The notes beneath the pieces were generated by a model. The model searched no databases, had not been told where the DNA came from, and was given only the letters and a program-made list of their open reading frames with translations. A stretch of DNA of 64,000 nucleotides, taken from the NCBI GenBank assembly GCA_045863295.1, contig BTWA01000007.1, positions 72,469 through 136,468 of the forward strand, given 5' to 3'. Position 1 is the stretch's first letter, and every line of letters starts with the position of its first letter. Positions 29,041 to 40,311 of this stretch are shown piece after piece. Source of the DNA: Candidatus Hydrogenedentota bacterium. GTDB taxonomy: Bacteria; Hydrogenedentota; Hydrogenedentia; Hydrogenedentales; SLHB01. The translations under genes were made by a program, and so were the position numbers.

Positions 29041-29117
29041 CCCATCAGTTCTTGGCTGCAACTCCGGATTGAACAACACCCAACCGGAGTTGTGGCCCCA
29101 CTATGTGGGGTACCGCG

Positions 29118-32051
29118 ATGAAACGTCGATTTGCGCTCGTCTTGCTGTTGCTCAGCGTCACATTCGGTGCGGCTGTATTCTTCTTCGCCAATGGCCGGTC
29201 GAATGACAGCAATCGGCCAATCCGCCCCGAAAAAGTGGAAGAGGCCAATTATTCCTTTGTCGAAACCGGCCCGGCACCCGAGCCGGAGCACATCGCGCGC
29301 GCGGCGATCCGCGCGGAGGGCGACGCGATACTCAGAGGCCGCGTTCTCGCGTTGGACGGCCAACCCGTTCCGAACGCCGCCATCCGGATCGTGGCGAAGA
29401 CAACCACATGGAATCACGAAGGCGGCAGGGTCGGTGAAGAGACACGTCTGCAATCCGATCCCACAGGAGCGTTTGATGCATCACCGCTTCCATTCGGCCA
29501 CTACCTCGTAATAGCAAGTCACGAAGAAGGCTACGCATCCGAGGCGGTCCGCCTGACACGGCGCATCTCGCAAGAGGATGTGCTACTTGTGCTCCATCCG
29601 GGAGAGACCATCGCCGGACTTGTGCGTTCGACAGATGGAACCGCCATCGGCGGCGCGGAGGTGTTCCCCGTGGCATTCAATGGAACGCTTGTCCCGCGCG
29701 CCAAAATGGCTGCGTCCATGGTAACCACGGATTCTGACGGCCGCTTTGCGATGGGCGGATTGGCCGCGGGCCGTTGGATTCTGGTGGCAAAAGCCAAAGA
29801 CTACGCGCCTGCGGAATCCGCGGAACAGGTGACCGGATCGGATTCCTGCGAGATCATTCTGGACGCGGGCGCACCGGTTCGCGGAACGGCCATCGACACC
29901 GTCACGAACCTGCCCATACCCAATCTCGTGGTTTCAGCCCTGCCAATCGGTACTCACATACCCAAGGAAACCATCAGCACGGACGATAACGGTCAATTCA
30001 TGTTCGACCATCTGCCTCAGGTGAGCTGCGAAATCGGCGTGGACGATGAAAGCTATCTCCTTCTTGAAGGATTGCCGTTGGTGATGCCCGCCGAACCGGC
30101 ACCGGACATCACGCTACGGCTCACCAAGGGCGGCGAAGTACGCGGACGCGTGTATGAGGTGGCGTCCGGAGAAGGCGTGAGCGAGGTTCGAATCAGCGCG
30201 GAGATCCGGTCGGCGATCGGCACTTTCCAATTCCAGACTCAGCAGCGCAAGCCGGGCGAACCGGAGATCCCGCTCCGCACTCCATCGACCCTCCCGGACG
30301 GCACGTTTTCCATTACTGGCCTCGCGCCGGGCATGTACCACATTAGCGCGAGTTCGTTTGTGCCCGGCTTCGGGTCAACCCGGCAACGCGATATGGAAAC
30401 AGACGTGCAACTCAATCCCGGCGATGTAATTGAAGGGATAGAATTTGCTATAGACCGGGGCATCGTGATGAGCGGACTTGTAGTGGACGTGGATGGGAAG
30501 CCGGTGCCCGGATCACGGGTCAATTGCTGGTATCTCGAAAAAGTGTCCAGGCGGAGCCAGGTTGCCAATGCCGATAACGCCGGCCGGTTCGTGTTTACAG
30601 AGATGCGTCCCGATCACGAAGTAACGGTGTGGGCCGAAGCCGGATCGACAGAAAGCGAAAAAATCGGCCCGCTGATGATCCCGGCCGGTGGACTCCATGA
30701 AGTGAAGATCGTAATGACGGCTACAAAAGATGCAAAGATCAGCGGTACCGTCGTCAATCAGCAAGGCAAACCAGTCGAAGTAACGGTAACAGGCCTCGAA
30801 CAGACTGAACTGCCAAACCCAAAGCGGTTCACCACTCAATCCGCATCGGATGGCCGTTTCCTGGTCCCTAACGTGTCTGCGGGAGTGTACGACGTCTCGC
30901 TGAACGCGGGCAGGAACGAAAAACGTCCCGCAGGCGAGGTCACCGTCAATCCAGGCCAGTTTGTACGGGACGTCAGGCTCGTTTTTGAAGAGCAGCCTCT
31001 CTATACCATCGAAGGGCATGTCTCGGACGAAAGCGGCAATCCCCTTGAAGCCTATGTTTCCTATAACCGGGTTGTAGAGAGTACGGCAACGAATCTGGGC
31101 GGCGTTCGTTCAGGATCGGACGGCTCTTTTCGGATTGAGGGCTTGGAGCAAGGCGCCTATTCCATACACGCGGACTGCGCCGGGTTTGCGTCAGAAGCCA
31201 CCATGGTAAACGCGGGTGATTCAGGAATTCAGATTGTGTTGCGACCGCTAACCGGCACGCTCGCGGGCCGTGTTGTGGATGTGCAAGGCCACGCGGTTCC
31301 CGCATTCCGGATTGCTCTCTTTCGCGATAGTGATTATCGCGGGGTATCCAGCGCGCCCAAAAACATCGTCGATCAGGCTGGGTCATTCGAAATGCAAGTG
31401 CGTGAAGGCACATACCGCATAGAAGTGCAGGCAGACGGTTATCTTGCAGAGGAAAAAGACGCGGTCGAGGTGGCAACGGGGCAACGCTCGACCGCCACCT
31501 TCACCTTGCGGCCGGGAGATGCGGAAGTGCGCGGAACGATCGTGGATGCGGCGGGTCAACCCGTGGTATCGGCAAAGATCTTCACGCAGAGACAGCAGGA
31601 AAACGGCGAACTGGGCACGAGTTCCGCCGCGGCCCGATCCGATGCGGAAGGCAGATTCACCCTCCACGCCGTTCCAGACAAACCGCTTGCGATCTCGGCC
31701 ACGCATCCCAGCGCCGGATCCGGTTCCGCGATGGTGACGCCAAGATCGAACGCTCCGCAGTCGGTGACCATCGCGTTAGCCGCATTGGGAAAAGTGACAG
31801 GGGCTATTCGTGTCCAGGGAAACCCGCTCACCGGCGGCACAGTCCTGTTGTGCCGGGGCGGCATTGCGTTGTCCTCGGAGTACACCAAGGCCGGTGGCTT
31901 ATACGAATTCGATCAGGTGGAAGCAGGCAGATACGACATTGTGGCCTACCCAGGCTTCATAAGCCAAAGTTATCAAGACGCCCCCGCGCCACTCTCTAGA
32001 ACAGCCGAAATCGTGGACGGCGCTGTTACCGTAGTCGATTTTGATTTCTAG
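29118..32051 (+). CDS. Membrane-anchored carboxypeptidase-regulatory-like (prealbumin-fold) repeat protein
   Basis: N-terminal TM helix; about 10 repeats of G.V.D..G.PV..A...TD.DG.F...L..G.Y. Confidence 0.88.
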   Translation: MKRRFALVLLLLSVTFGAAVFFFANGRSNDSNRPIRPEKVEEANYSFVETGPAPEPEHIARAAIRAEGDAILRGRVLALDGQPVPNAAIRIVAKTTTWNHEGGRVGEETRLQSDPTGAFDASPLPFGHYLVIASHEEGYASEAVRLTRRISQEDVLLVLHPGETIAGLVRSTDGTAIGGAEVFPVAFNGTLVPRAKMAASMVTTDSDGRFAMGGLAAGRWILVAKAKDYAPAESAEQVTGSDSCEIILDAGAPVRGTAIDTVTNLPIPNLVVSALPIGTHIPKETISTDDNGQFMFDHLPQVSCEIGVDDESYLLLEGLPLVMPAEPAPDITLRLTKGGEVRGRVYEVASGEGVSEVRISAEIRSAIGTFQFQTQQRKPGEPEIPLRTPSTLPDGTFSITGLAPGMYHISASSFVPGFGSTRQRDMETDVQLNPGDVIEGIEFAIDRGIVMSGLVVDVDGKPVPGSRVNCWYLEKVSRRSQVANADNAGRFVFTEMRPDHEVTVWAEAGSTESEKIGPLMIPAGGLHEVKIVMTATKDAKISGTVVNQQGKPVEVTVTGLEQTELPNPKRFTTQSASDGRFLVPNVSAGVYDVSLNAGRNEKRPAGEVTVNPGQFVRDVRLVFEEQPLYTIEGHVSDESGNPLEAYVSYNRVVESTATNLGGVRSGSDGSFRIEGLEQGAYSIHADCAGFASEATMVNAGDSGIQIVLRPLTGTLAGRVVDVQGHAVPAFRIALFRDSDYRGVSSAPKNIVDQAGSFEMQVREGTYRIEVQADGYLAEEKDAVEVATGQRSTATFTLRPGDAEVRGTIVDAAGQPVVSAKIFTQRQQENGELGTSSAAARSDAEGRFTLHAVPDKPLAISATHPSAGSGSAMVTPRSNAPQSVTIALAALGKVTGAIRVQGNPLTGGTVLLCRGGIALSSEYTKAGGLYEFDQVEAGRYDIVAYPGFISQSYQDAPAPLSRTAEIVDGAVTVVDFDF

Positions 32052-34135
32052 GGTCTTGGCGGAAACCACATGCTCATGGGATCCGGCCCGTCGCCCGTCT
32101 TGAGCACCTTTTCCACTTCCAGTTTTCCCATGTCAATCACATGCAGACCGTCGAGATGTTCGCAACCCACAAATGCCCGTTTCTCATCCGGGGTCAACTC
32201 GACTCCAATGGCAAACGGCCCCACGGCGATGCGTTTCAGCTCCGTGCGGGTCGTCACATCAATGACAATGAGTTCGCCTTTCTCCGTCCAGCTCGGCACG
32301 AGCGCCTTCGTTCCGTCTTTCGTGAACTTGATACGCACGGGCATGCCGGGACAGGGAAAGGTCTCAATGGGCTCATGCGTGGCGAGATCGATGATCGTGA
32401 TCGAACCACCGGATTGATTCGCGGCCCACAAGTGTTTTCCATCCGGCGTAAACGCCATGCCTTCGACGCCCTTGCCGCAGGGGATTTGCTTCATCAATTC
32501 TCCGGATTTCCGGTCGATTACTGACACCGTCTGCGATTCGATATTGGCGGTATACAATCGCTCGTTGTCCGGCGACACGAGCACCATATGCGATATCTTG
32601 CCGTGCGTGGGAATGGCTCGCGTCACCTCGTGTGTGGCCGTATCCACCTCCACGACGAAACCGGTCTGTCCGGCGGTGAAGTAAGCATGCTTTCCGTCGG
32701 GCGCCATGGTGGCCCCGTGGATGCGCGTGTACTCGCCGGTCTTGATCTGTTTGATGTGTTTTCGCTGCGTCAAATCGACGACCGAAATTGTATCCCCCGG
32801 CGCTTCGTAGTTGGAGAGATACATGAACCGCTGATCCGGCGTGATGCACATCTCATGGGGATTCGGTCCGGTCGAAATCACGTCCAGCACGGCAAGCGTA
32901 TGGGGATCGATAAACGTGACGGTATCGTCATGCTTGTTCGCCACGGTGAAGATCGGCCCTTCGGGCCACACGGCCACCCCGCGCAAGGTCTCCGCCGAAG
33001 CAATCTCTTTCAAGACCGCAAACGGCGGCTCTTCACCACGTTCGCGCGTGGTGAAGAAATTGAACACTTGAATGCCGTCCGCGCCGACCTGCCACAATCG
33101 CCGCGCCATCTCGCGATACATCTCCGGTTCCCGTGCAACTTCAATGGACGCATACAAAGGGAATTCCTGGGGCAACGCTTTCCGGTACGCCTTGAGGGGC
33201 AAGGGAAAATCATTCCGCAAGTAGTGCGAAACAATCACCATATCCAGCAGTCCGTTCTTCGCCCACGACACCGGATCGATTCCAATGGCCGTGTTCTGTT
33301 CCGGTTTGGCCATGATCCGCGCGCACAACAAAATTGGCCGTCCCCGCTGGTCTCCGATCTCCTTGGTCATGGCGCGAATCTCACTCATCCAAGCCGTCAT
33401 CGTGGGGATGTGCTGTTGTTCCTCGCCGGGCTTGAAGTACATGGGAAACCGCTGGAAATCGAGATCAAGGCCGTCGAGGTCGTAGCGCTCGCAACATTCG
33501 CGAAGCATGGCCAAGGTGTACGCCCGCACCTCGGGTATCGCAAAGTTCAACCCCGCCGGAAGCCACGTAGCCACGATCGGGTGCGTGTCCGGACCCAGAA
33601 TCTCGTGATACACCGGCGGCAAGGGATCGCTGTGTTTGCCGATGCGCCACTCCGGATGGTCTTTCCAGAATCGCGAGAGAATGACGTGGTCTTCATATTC
33701 AACGGCATGAACCTCGTTCAAGCGAAACGATATGAACGCCTCCATGCCGCGCTCTTTCGCGCGCGATAGGATAAGCGCGATCGGATCATGACCGGCCGAA
33801 ATCAGCCCGCGCAGATTGAGGATCCCGCGCTCGGTCGTCTTCTCGGCCGCGTCCGGCGTAATCCGCGCCGCAATCGCGGGGTTCACGTGCTCGCCGATAA
33901 AGTCGCCCACCTTCGTGGGATAGTTCAGCGTCATCCCGATGTTGGGGCTCATCAGGAACGTGGTAACCTCCGTATCCGCGACTTCATCCACATGCCGGTA
34001 CACATCCTCCGGCGTCATCGGCGGCTGCTTGTAAATAAACATGTTGTCGCCGTCGCTGTTGTACAAAATCCGGTGCGGTCCCGCGTGTGCAGCAACAACA
34101 ACGAACAAGAAACCGGCAAAAAATCTACACGTCAT
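32048..34135 (-). CDS. GHL10-like TIM-barrel glycoside hydrolase fused to a YVTN/YncE beta-propeller
   Basis: Signal peptide; LYNSDGD, SFRLNEVH, LNFAIPEVR, YDLDGLDLDFQRF; then about 7 repeats of TPDG....AN.....VSVID. Confidence 0.75.
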   Translation of the reverse strand: MTCRFFAGFLFVVVAAHAGPHRILYNSDGDNMFIYKQPPMTPEDVYRHVDEVADTEVTTFLMSPNIGMTLNYPTKVGDFIGEHVNPAIAARITPDAAEKTTERGILNLRGLISAGHDPIALILSRAKERGMEAFISFRLNEVHAVEYEDHVILSRFWKDHPEWRIGKHSDPLPPVYHEILGPDTHPIVATWLPAGLNFAIPEVRAYTLAMLRECCERYDLDGLDLDFQRFPMYFKPGEEQQHIPTMTAWMSEIRAMTKEIGDQRGRPILLCARIMAKPEQNTAIGIDPVSWAKNGLLDMVIVSHYLRNDFPLPLKAYRKALPQEFPLYASIEVAREPEMYREMARRLWQVGADGIQVFNFFTTRERGEEPPFAVLKEIASAETLRGVAVWPEGPIFTVANKHDDTVTFIDPHTLAVLDVISTGPNPHEMCITPDQRFMYLSNYEAPGDTISVVDLTQRKHIKQIKTGEYTRIHGATMAPDGKHAYFTAGQTGFVVEVDTATHEVTRAIPTHGKISHMVLVSPDNERLYTANIESQTVSVIDRKSGELMKQIPCGKGVEGMAFTPDGKHLWAANQSGGSITIIDLATHEPIETFPCPGMPVRIKFTKDGTKALVPSWTEKGELIVIDVTTRTELKRIAVGPFAIGVELTPDEKRAFVGCEHLDGLHVIDMGKLEVEKVLKTGDGPDPMSMWFPPRP

Positions 34136-34375
34136 CGATCCCCCTCTCCTGCGTCACAGGCCAACGTTCGCCTTCAACGCTTAACAAAGCAGAAAACAGT
34201 GAGAAATTCCATCAATAACCCTTGTTTTGTTTTTTTGATTCACCTGCGAAATGCAACACCCCATGACAAATAAGTAAGAGTAACATGTAACAAGACTCGA
34301 GCACAGGTGTTGAAATGCATCTTCATCCGCGTGAATCCGGATTCTCTTTTCCGGCCTCGGAATAGGCTTGTCGCT

Positions 34376-34389
34376 TGAAACCGGTTTCA
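34376..34389. promoter_or_regulatory. LacI-family-type operator palindrome
   Basis: Perfect 14-bp palindrome TGAAACCGGTTTCA in the intergenic region upstream of the GHL10 gene. Confidence 0.55.
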
Positions 34390-34513
34390 TTCGCGATAGT
34401 TACCGATAGAGCATAGAGCGACTTTAGGAGTCTTCGCACGGGCCCCGCAGGTTTCCCAGAAAGAGAATAAGAAGCGTAGTCGGACGCCCATTGCATGGAC
34501 TCTGCCCATGCAC

Positions 34514-35974
34514 CTACGCCAGCACGCCCTGTACAACCTTTCCGTGTACGTCCGTAAGCCGGTATAGGCGTCCCTGAAATTTGTACGTGAGCCGCTCGTG
34601 ATCGATGCCAAGCAAGTGCAACAGCGTGGCATGGAAATCGTGCACGTGCACGCCGTTCTCCGCCACGTTGTAGCCGAACTCGTCCGTCTGGCCGTACGAC
34701 AGGCCCGGTTTCACGCCGCCGCCCGCCATCCACACCGTAAAGCAGCGGGGATGATGATCGCGCCCGTAGTTGCCGTCGCTGAGTTTGCCCTGCGAGTAGT
34801 TGGTGCGCCCAAATTCGCCGCCCCAGATGACCAGGGTCTCGTCCAGCATGCCGCGCCGTTTCAAGTCCATGATCAGGGCCGCGCAGGCCTGGTCCGTCTC
34901 TTTGCATTTTACTGGGAGATTCTTCGGCACGTCGCCGTGATGGTCCCAGTCCCGGTGGTACAGTTGAATGAATTTCACGCCCCGCTCGGCCAATCGCCGG
35001 GCCAACAGGCAGTTCGACGCGAAAGAACCGGGATCGCGCGAATCCGGCCCGTATTCCTCAAAGATCGAATGCGGTTCGTCGGACATGTCGGTCACATCCG
35101 GCACGGAGGTTTGCATGCGGTAGGCCATTTCATACTGCGCAATGCGGGATTCCAATCCCGTGTGCCCGGTTTGTGCCAGTTGCCATTCGTGCAACTCCTT
35201 GAGCCGGTCCAGCAACATGCGGCGGCTTTCGCCCGTCACGCCGTCCGGGTTGGTCAGGTAAAGCACCGGATCGGCCCCGGCCCGGAATTGCACGCCCTGG
35301 TGGGTTGATGCAAGGAATCCGCTGCCCCAAAGCCGCGAATACAGCGGCTGGCCGCCCTTGGCCTTGGTCAACATCACCACGAAGGAAGGAAGATTCTCGT
35401 TTTCGGATCCCAGGCCGTAAGACAACCAGGACCCGATGCACGGCCGGCCCGAAAGTTGGGATCCGGTCTGCAGAAACGTAATCGCGGGATCGTGATTAAT
35501 CGCCTCCGTGTACATGGAACGAATCACGCACAACTCATCCGCCACCTGCGCCGTGTAGGGAAGCTGATCGCTGATCCACTGCCCGCTTTGGCCATGTTGC
35601 TTGAACTGGAATACCGACCCCGCGAGCGGCAGGGACGACTGGTTCGCCGACATGCCCGTGAGCCGCTGGCCCTGCCGCACGGAGTCCGGCAACTGCTGCC
35701 CATTGAGCTCGTTCAGCAGCGGTTTGTAATCGAACAAGTCCATCTGCGAGGGACCGCCGCTCTGAAAGAGATAGATCACCCGCTTCGCCTTCGGCGCGTA
35801 ATGGGGGAGATCCAATGCCATACCGGGTGCAACGCTCGCACCGGCCCCGGAGGGATTGAGTAGATTGGCCAAAGCCATGCCGCCAAGGCCCATGCCGAAC
35901 CGGTTCAAAAAACGCCGACGGCTCATGCCGTCCAGGGGCTCCGGACCGGTGCAAACGGGGCAATGTCTATCCAT
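34514..35974 (-). CDS. DUF1501 family Tat-exported protein
   Basis: SRRRFL Tat motif; KAKRVIYLFQSGGPSQMDLFDYKP, WDHH, WGGEFGRT, GRDHHP, HDFHAT. Confidence 0.93.
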   Translation of the reverse strand: MDRHCPVCTGPEPLDGMSRRRFLNRFGMGLGGMALANLLNPSGAGASVAPGMALDLPHYAPKAKRVIYLFQSGGPSQMDLFDYKPLLNELNGQQLPDSVRQGQRLTGMSANQSSLPLAGSVFQFKQHGQSGQWISDQLPYTAQVADELCVIRSMYTEAINHDPAITFLQTGSQLSGRPCIGSWLSYGLGSENENLPSFVVMLTKAKGGQPLYSRLWGSGFLASTHQGVQFRAGADPVLYLTNPDGVTGESRRMLLDRLKELHEWQLAQTGHTGLESRIAQYEMAYRMQTSVPDVTDMSDEPHSIFEEYGPDSRDPGSFASNCLLARRLAERGVKFIQLYHRDWDHHGDVPKNLPVKCKETDQACAALIMDLKRRGMLDETLVIWGGEFGRTNYSQGKLSDGNYGRDHHPRCFTVWMAGGGVKPGLSYGQTDEFGYNVAENGVHVHDFHATLLHLLGIDHERLTYKFQGRLYRLTDVHGKVVQGVLA

Positions 35975-35984
35975 GAAACCAACC

Positions 35985-38900
35985 TCAATACTTGGTTTGA
36001 AATGCGTCCACGTTCATGATCAATTGGGCCACGGCGGTGGCGGCTGCATACTGCGCGGGATCAAAATCCTCCCGCCGCGGTCTTTCGCCCACATCCGTGT
36101 AGGCAATGGCTTCTTCGGCATGTGCGGTGTAATACGCAACTTGCTCGTCGTATGCCTGCTGTAAAATTGCCGCTTCTTCCGGCGAAGGGCTTTGGCTCGT
36201 TAATGCGCGGTACATGTGCGTAAGGCGCGCTTCCACATCGGAATGCGCATCCATCGCCTTTTCGGCCAATACCCGCGAAGCTTCAATATACTGCGGATCG
36301 TTCAACAGGATCAGGGATTGAAGCGGAGTCGCCGTGACTTCGCGCCGCACCGTGCACACTTCCCGGTTCGGCGCGTCGAACGTGGCCAACGTGACCGGAT
36401 GCACCGTGCGCTTCCAGTACGTGTACATGCTTTTCCGATAGAGACCGTCGCCCGAGTCGGGCACATAGGTAAGGCCGCTGGCGTCAATCCAGAGATCCGT
36501 GGGCTGATACGGCTTCACACTGGGTCCCCCCACGGTCGTCACCAGCAGGCTGCTGGCAGCAAGTGCATTATCCCGTATCAGTTCCGCGGAAAGCCGCTGC
36601 CGCGGTCCACGTGCGAGCAAAACGTTGTGCGGATCGCGGTCGGTCAGGTCCGGGCGCGGAGTCGAGTCCTGGCGGTACGTCGCGGACATGACAATCAACT
36701 TGAGCAGTTGTTTGGTATCCCAGCTGGAGTCCCGGTATTCCTTGGCCAGCCAGTCCAGCAAATCCGGATGGGAAGGCGCGCGGCCCTGGGTGCCGAAATC
36801 CTCCTGGGTTTCCACCAGTCCACGGCCAAAAACCATCAGCCAATACCGGTTGACGGCCACGCGCGCCGTCAACGGGTGGTCAGGCTCGAAAAGCCATTGG
36901 GCCAATCCCAGGCGGTTTGCAGGACGCTCGCCGAACGGCATAATGCTCTCCGGCGTGGACGGTTGCACCGGATCGGTCGGGTGATCGTACGCGCCGCGAG
37001 CCAGCACGTACGCCTGTCGCGGTTCCGGCATGTCTCGCATCACCATAATTTCAGGAACCCCGCCAATAAACGTATTCTCGATTTCCCTGGCGACCTGCAA
37101 TGCCGTTGTGGCATCGCGATACGCCGGATCGACCGCAAGAAGGTAATACGCAAAGAGCGAATCCTCGGCGGCAGGATCCGTCCCGGTGCAACGTTCCGCG
37201 ATAATAGTAGGGAGATCGTGTTGGCCGGCTATGGATTCCACTTCCAGCGACGAAATCTCGCGATCGAAAACCATGAATTCATCGAGAAGGCCGTTCGTGA
37301 ATCCGTTGTCGCGAAAGCGTTGCCCAAGATGGAGGGCAGGGGAGTCTTTAGGGTCGGCGTACATGATTGTTTTGTACAGATTGTCGCGAATCACCTCTGT
37401 TTCAAGGAGTGTGCCGTTCATGAACAGGCGGATGCCGGAAGCCTTGCTGGAGCCGTCGTAGGTCACGGCCACATGTGTCCAGGCGTCGATGGGAATCGCT
37501 TCCTTCGCGGTCACCCGCACGGCATTGCCCGGCCAAAAGTGATTCAACGCAAACTCAGGCCGGCCCTGATTCAGCAGAAGCTCGTAGCCGCGGCTGGCGG
37601 CATCGAGAGACGCCTTGGACGCATGGCACACCACCATGCGATCCGTATGGCCCGGAATTCGGATCCACGATGCAATGGAAAACGGTTGGCACCGTTCGAA
37701 CTTGCCCTGCTCGGCGAGTTTCACCGCGTCTTCGCCGCTAAATAACGCGGCGTGGCCCACTTTGCCCTCCGTTGCGGTCACGCCGGAGTCGACGTCCGCG
37801 GGTTTGTCCGCCGTGCTCGTATTGGGCGTCTTGCCATCGGAAATTTCGTCGAACGGTAAGTGTGCGATAGGCGCCAGCGGCGGCGCGTTTCGATCGGGAC
37901 TGTTTCGCCACGCAACGAAGCGCTCGCGAGCCGGTTCGATGGCCTGTGCGCGTTCGGCAACCTTGGCCTGTATCGATTCCATGTGCCGGACGTGTTCCGC
38001 GCGTGATTCCTCGGTCGTCAGGAACATCCCGGGCGACGGAGTTGCATTGGTGAAGTGGGAGTACATCCCCGATTCGTCCAGATTGTTGAAAAACGAGAAC
38101 AGGCTGTAGTAATCGCGTTGCGAGATGGGGTCGAACTTGTGGTCGTGACAGCGTGCGCAATCCATCGTCAGACCGAGGAACGCGGTCGAGAAAGTATTCG
38201 CGCGATCCGCAACATAGGCCACGCGGAATTCTTCAGGGATACTGCCGCCTTCGTTGGTTTGACGATGTAGGCGGTTGAATGTCGTGGCAAGGACCTGATC
38301 CTGGCTTGGATTGGGCAGGAGATCGCCTGCAAGCTGCCACGTTACAAATTGGTCGTAGGGCATGTTTTCAGTGAATGCCCTGATGACCCAGTCCCGCCAG
38401 GGCCATACAAACATTTCGACATCCGCCTGATAGCCATAGGTATCGCCATACCGCGCAAGATCGAGCCACTCATTGGTCATGCGCTCGCCGTACGCCGGCG
38501 ACTCCAAAAGCCGATCGACCAGCCGCTCATAAGCGCCTGGCGCTTCGTCGGCAAGAAACGCGTCAATCTCTTCAAGCGATGGCGGCAACCCGGTAAGGTC
38601 CATGGAGACTCGGCGGATGAGGATTTCTTTGTTCGCTTGGGGTGAGGGTGTCAATCCCTCGGCCTGCAAACGCTCAAGGATAAACAGATCGACAGGAGTC
38701 TTCGCCCAACCTGCGCTGTCTCGAATATCCGGCAGTGGGGTGTCCGCCAACGGAATGAACGCCCAGTGTGGTTTGTATTCGGCGCCCTCCCGGACCCATC
38801 GAACCAGTTTCTCAATCTGGGTCGAATCCAGTACGCGCTTGGAATCGGGCGGCGGCATTTTCTCAGATGGATCTCCGCTCGTGATACGCTTGACCAGTTC

Positions 38901-39143
38901 GCTTGCATCCGAGTTTCCAGGCACGACCGCGCCCTTGCTCTTGGCCTCCTCGGCGACGTCCAGCCGGAGTCCGGCCTTGCGCTGGTTGGCGTCCCGGCCG
39001 TGGCAATGAAAACAGTTGTCCGCCAGGATCGGCCGGATATCGCGATTGAAGTCCAGCGGTTTCGTTTGGCCGTATGCGGCTGTGGCAAAGCCGGCAAATG
39101 CAGCCCAGAAGGAATAGAACAAAACAGCCCGATACATAAACAC
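35985..39143 (-). CDS. DUF1549/DUF1553 (PSCyt/PSD1) c-type cytochrome protein with a LamG insert
   Basis: [49 protein letters not shown] (LamG), [17 protein letters not shown]. Confidence 0.93.
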   Translation of the reverse strand: MFMYRAVLFYSFWAAFAGFATAAYGQTKPLDFNRDIRPILADNCFHCHGRDANQRKAGLRLDVAEEAKSKGAVVPGNSDASELVKRITSGDPSEKMPPPDSKRVLDSTQIEKLVRWVREGAEYKPHWAFIPLADTPLPDIRDSAGWAKTPVDLFILERLQAEGLTPSPQANKEILIRRVSMDLTGLPPSLEEIDAFLADEAPGAYERLVDRLLESPAYGERMTNEWLDLARYGDTYGYQADVEMFVWPWRDWVIRAFTENMPYDQFVTWQLAGDLLPNPSQDQVLATTFNRLHRQTNEGGSIPEEFRVAYVADRANTFSTAFLGLTMDCARCHDHKFDPISQRDYYSLFSFFNNLDESGMYSHFTNATPSPGMFLTTEESRAEHVRHMESIQAKVAERAQAIEPARERFVAWRNSPDRNAPPLAPIAHLPFDEISDGKTPNTSTADKPADVDSGVTATEGKVGHAALFSGEDAVKLAEQGKFERCQPFSIASWIRIPGHTDRMVVCHASKASLDAASRGYELLLNQGRPEFALNHFWPGNAVRVTAKEAIPIDAWTHVAVTYDGSSKASGIRLFMNGTLLETEVIRDNLYKTIMYADPKDSPALHLGQRFRDNGFTNGLLDEFMVFDREISSLEVESIAGQHDLPTIIAERCTGTDPAAEDSLFAYYLLAVDPAYRDATTALQVAREIENTFIGGVPEIMVMRDMPEPRQAYVLARGAYDHPTDPVQPSTPESIMPFGERPANRLGLAQWLFEPDHPLTARVAVNRYWLMVFGRGLVETQEDFGTQGRAPSHPDLLDWLAKEYRDSSWDTKQLLKLIVMSATYRQDSTPRPDLTDRDPHNVLLARGPRQRLSAELIRDNALAASSLLVTTVGGPSVKPYQPTDLWIDASGLTYVPDSGDGLYRKSMYTYWKRTVHPVTLATFDAPNREVCTVRREVTATPLQSLILLNDPQYIEASRVLAEKAMDAHSDVEARLTHMYRALTSQSPSPEEAAILQQAYDEQVAYYTAHAEEAIAYTDVGERPRREDFDPAQYAAATAVAQLIMNVDAFQTKY

Positions 39144-39261
39144 CTGACCATCAAGTTGCAGCCGCGCCCTCGTGGGGCAGGAGACACACTCGCATCTCTT
39201 GCCTTACTCTACAACCCTCGGCCGAAAGGCGCAAGGAGCCTGCCGTCGCGACGCAGGGCGG

Positions 39262-40311
39262 TCACATCCACCGGTACTGCTGTTCGATGCTGTCATGGGG
39301 CCGGTAAGGATGGATAACTTCCTCCAATTGGGGCCCCAGAATCTCCATTTGGGAGGACTCAAATGCCCCCATGTTCGCCTGGGCGCAGAAGACCAAGTAA
39401 CCGATCTTGGCGGGGTCAAAGCCCATGAGGCGCGCGGCGGTACAATCCGCGGCGAGGAAGTCGGTGCTGGCCACGGCGACGCGGTGATCCACCGGTTCGC
39501 CTCCCACCGGCCCGTTGTGTTCCATGCCCTGAAACCCGTCGAGTACGGTAAGGTGTGGGCGCAGCTTCTGGGACAGCGTGAACAGGTTGTAGTGGATGCC
39601 TTGATTCTCGGGTCCGCCGTGGACCAGATGTTTGTCGCTGGACCCCTGGCTGCCCGCGCCCCAACGGAACCCTTTGTCTTTCAGAATTCCACCCACGGTG
39701 AGGTTCTTTATGCCGAGGGTGACCACGGCGCGGTCATGCGTCTTGAAGTTCGCCGTGCTGATAACAAACGTGTCGGGATCGGTCAGGAATGTCGAGAAGC
39801 GGATGGGTACTGCATGGTGCCGTTCGTTGACGACATGCGCGCGTTCAAAGGGCAGGTCGTCCAAATCCAGGAAACGGACCCGGTACCGGTTTGCAAGCGC
39901 CGGATACCCATAGTGATCGTATCCTTCCACGGTAGCAGCGTTGGCGGAAGTTTCGGCCACGACGATTTCTTCGCTTGTGAGCGGAGTCAGGAATTCCAAA
40001 AGACCTTCCAGACACTCGGCGTGCGTGGCGGAGAGTTGGTTTTCCGTGCTTACAAGATTGGGTTTGATGACAACCCGCTTCTTCGTAGCAAGCGCGGCCT
40101 TGATGGATGGTTCTATGCGCTTTAACGCGTCGAAAATATTCTGTGCCCGACCATCGCCTTGGGTGACAGCCACCTGACTCGGCGCTGGCGCCAACGTTTG
40201 CGCAAGGCCAACAAAGTTGGCGGTGGCAATTCCGAAAACTCCTCTGGCGGCCAACGACATAAAGTGACGGCGATTGACTACAGACTCCAATTTCGCGTTA
40301 GACGTGCGCAT
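39262..40311 (-). CDS. DUF362 domain protein with Tat signal
   Basis: RRHFMSL, VVIKPNLV, KTHD..VTLGIKN, DGFQGMEHNGP..G, AADC. Confidence 0.85.
   Translation of the reverse strand: MRTSNAKLESVVNRRHFMSLAARGVFGIATANFVGLAQTLAPAPSQVAVTQGDGRAQNIFDALKRIEPSIKAALATKKRVVIKPNLVSTENQLSATHAECLEGLLEFLTPLTSEEIVVAETSANAATVEGYDHYGYPALANRYRVRFLDLDDLPFERAHVVNERHHAVPIRFSTFLTDPDTFVISTANFKTHDRAVVTLGIKNLTVGGILKDKGFRWGAGSQGSSDKHLVHGGPENQGIHYNLFTLSQKLRPHLTVLDGFQGMEHNGPVGGEPVDHRVAVASTDFLAADCTAARLMGFDPAKIGYLVFCAQANMGAFESSQMEILGPQLEEVIHPYRPHDSIEQQYRWM

Noticed and set aside
34313..34323. AAATGCATCTT, a perfect NsrR half-site
   Set aside because: There is no matching second half and no NO-related gene nearby.
36216..37745. 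509-aa plus-strand ORF
   Set aside because: It is an antisense shadow of the DUF1553 gene.
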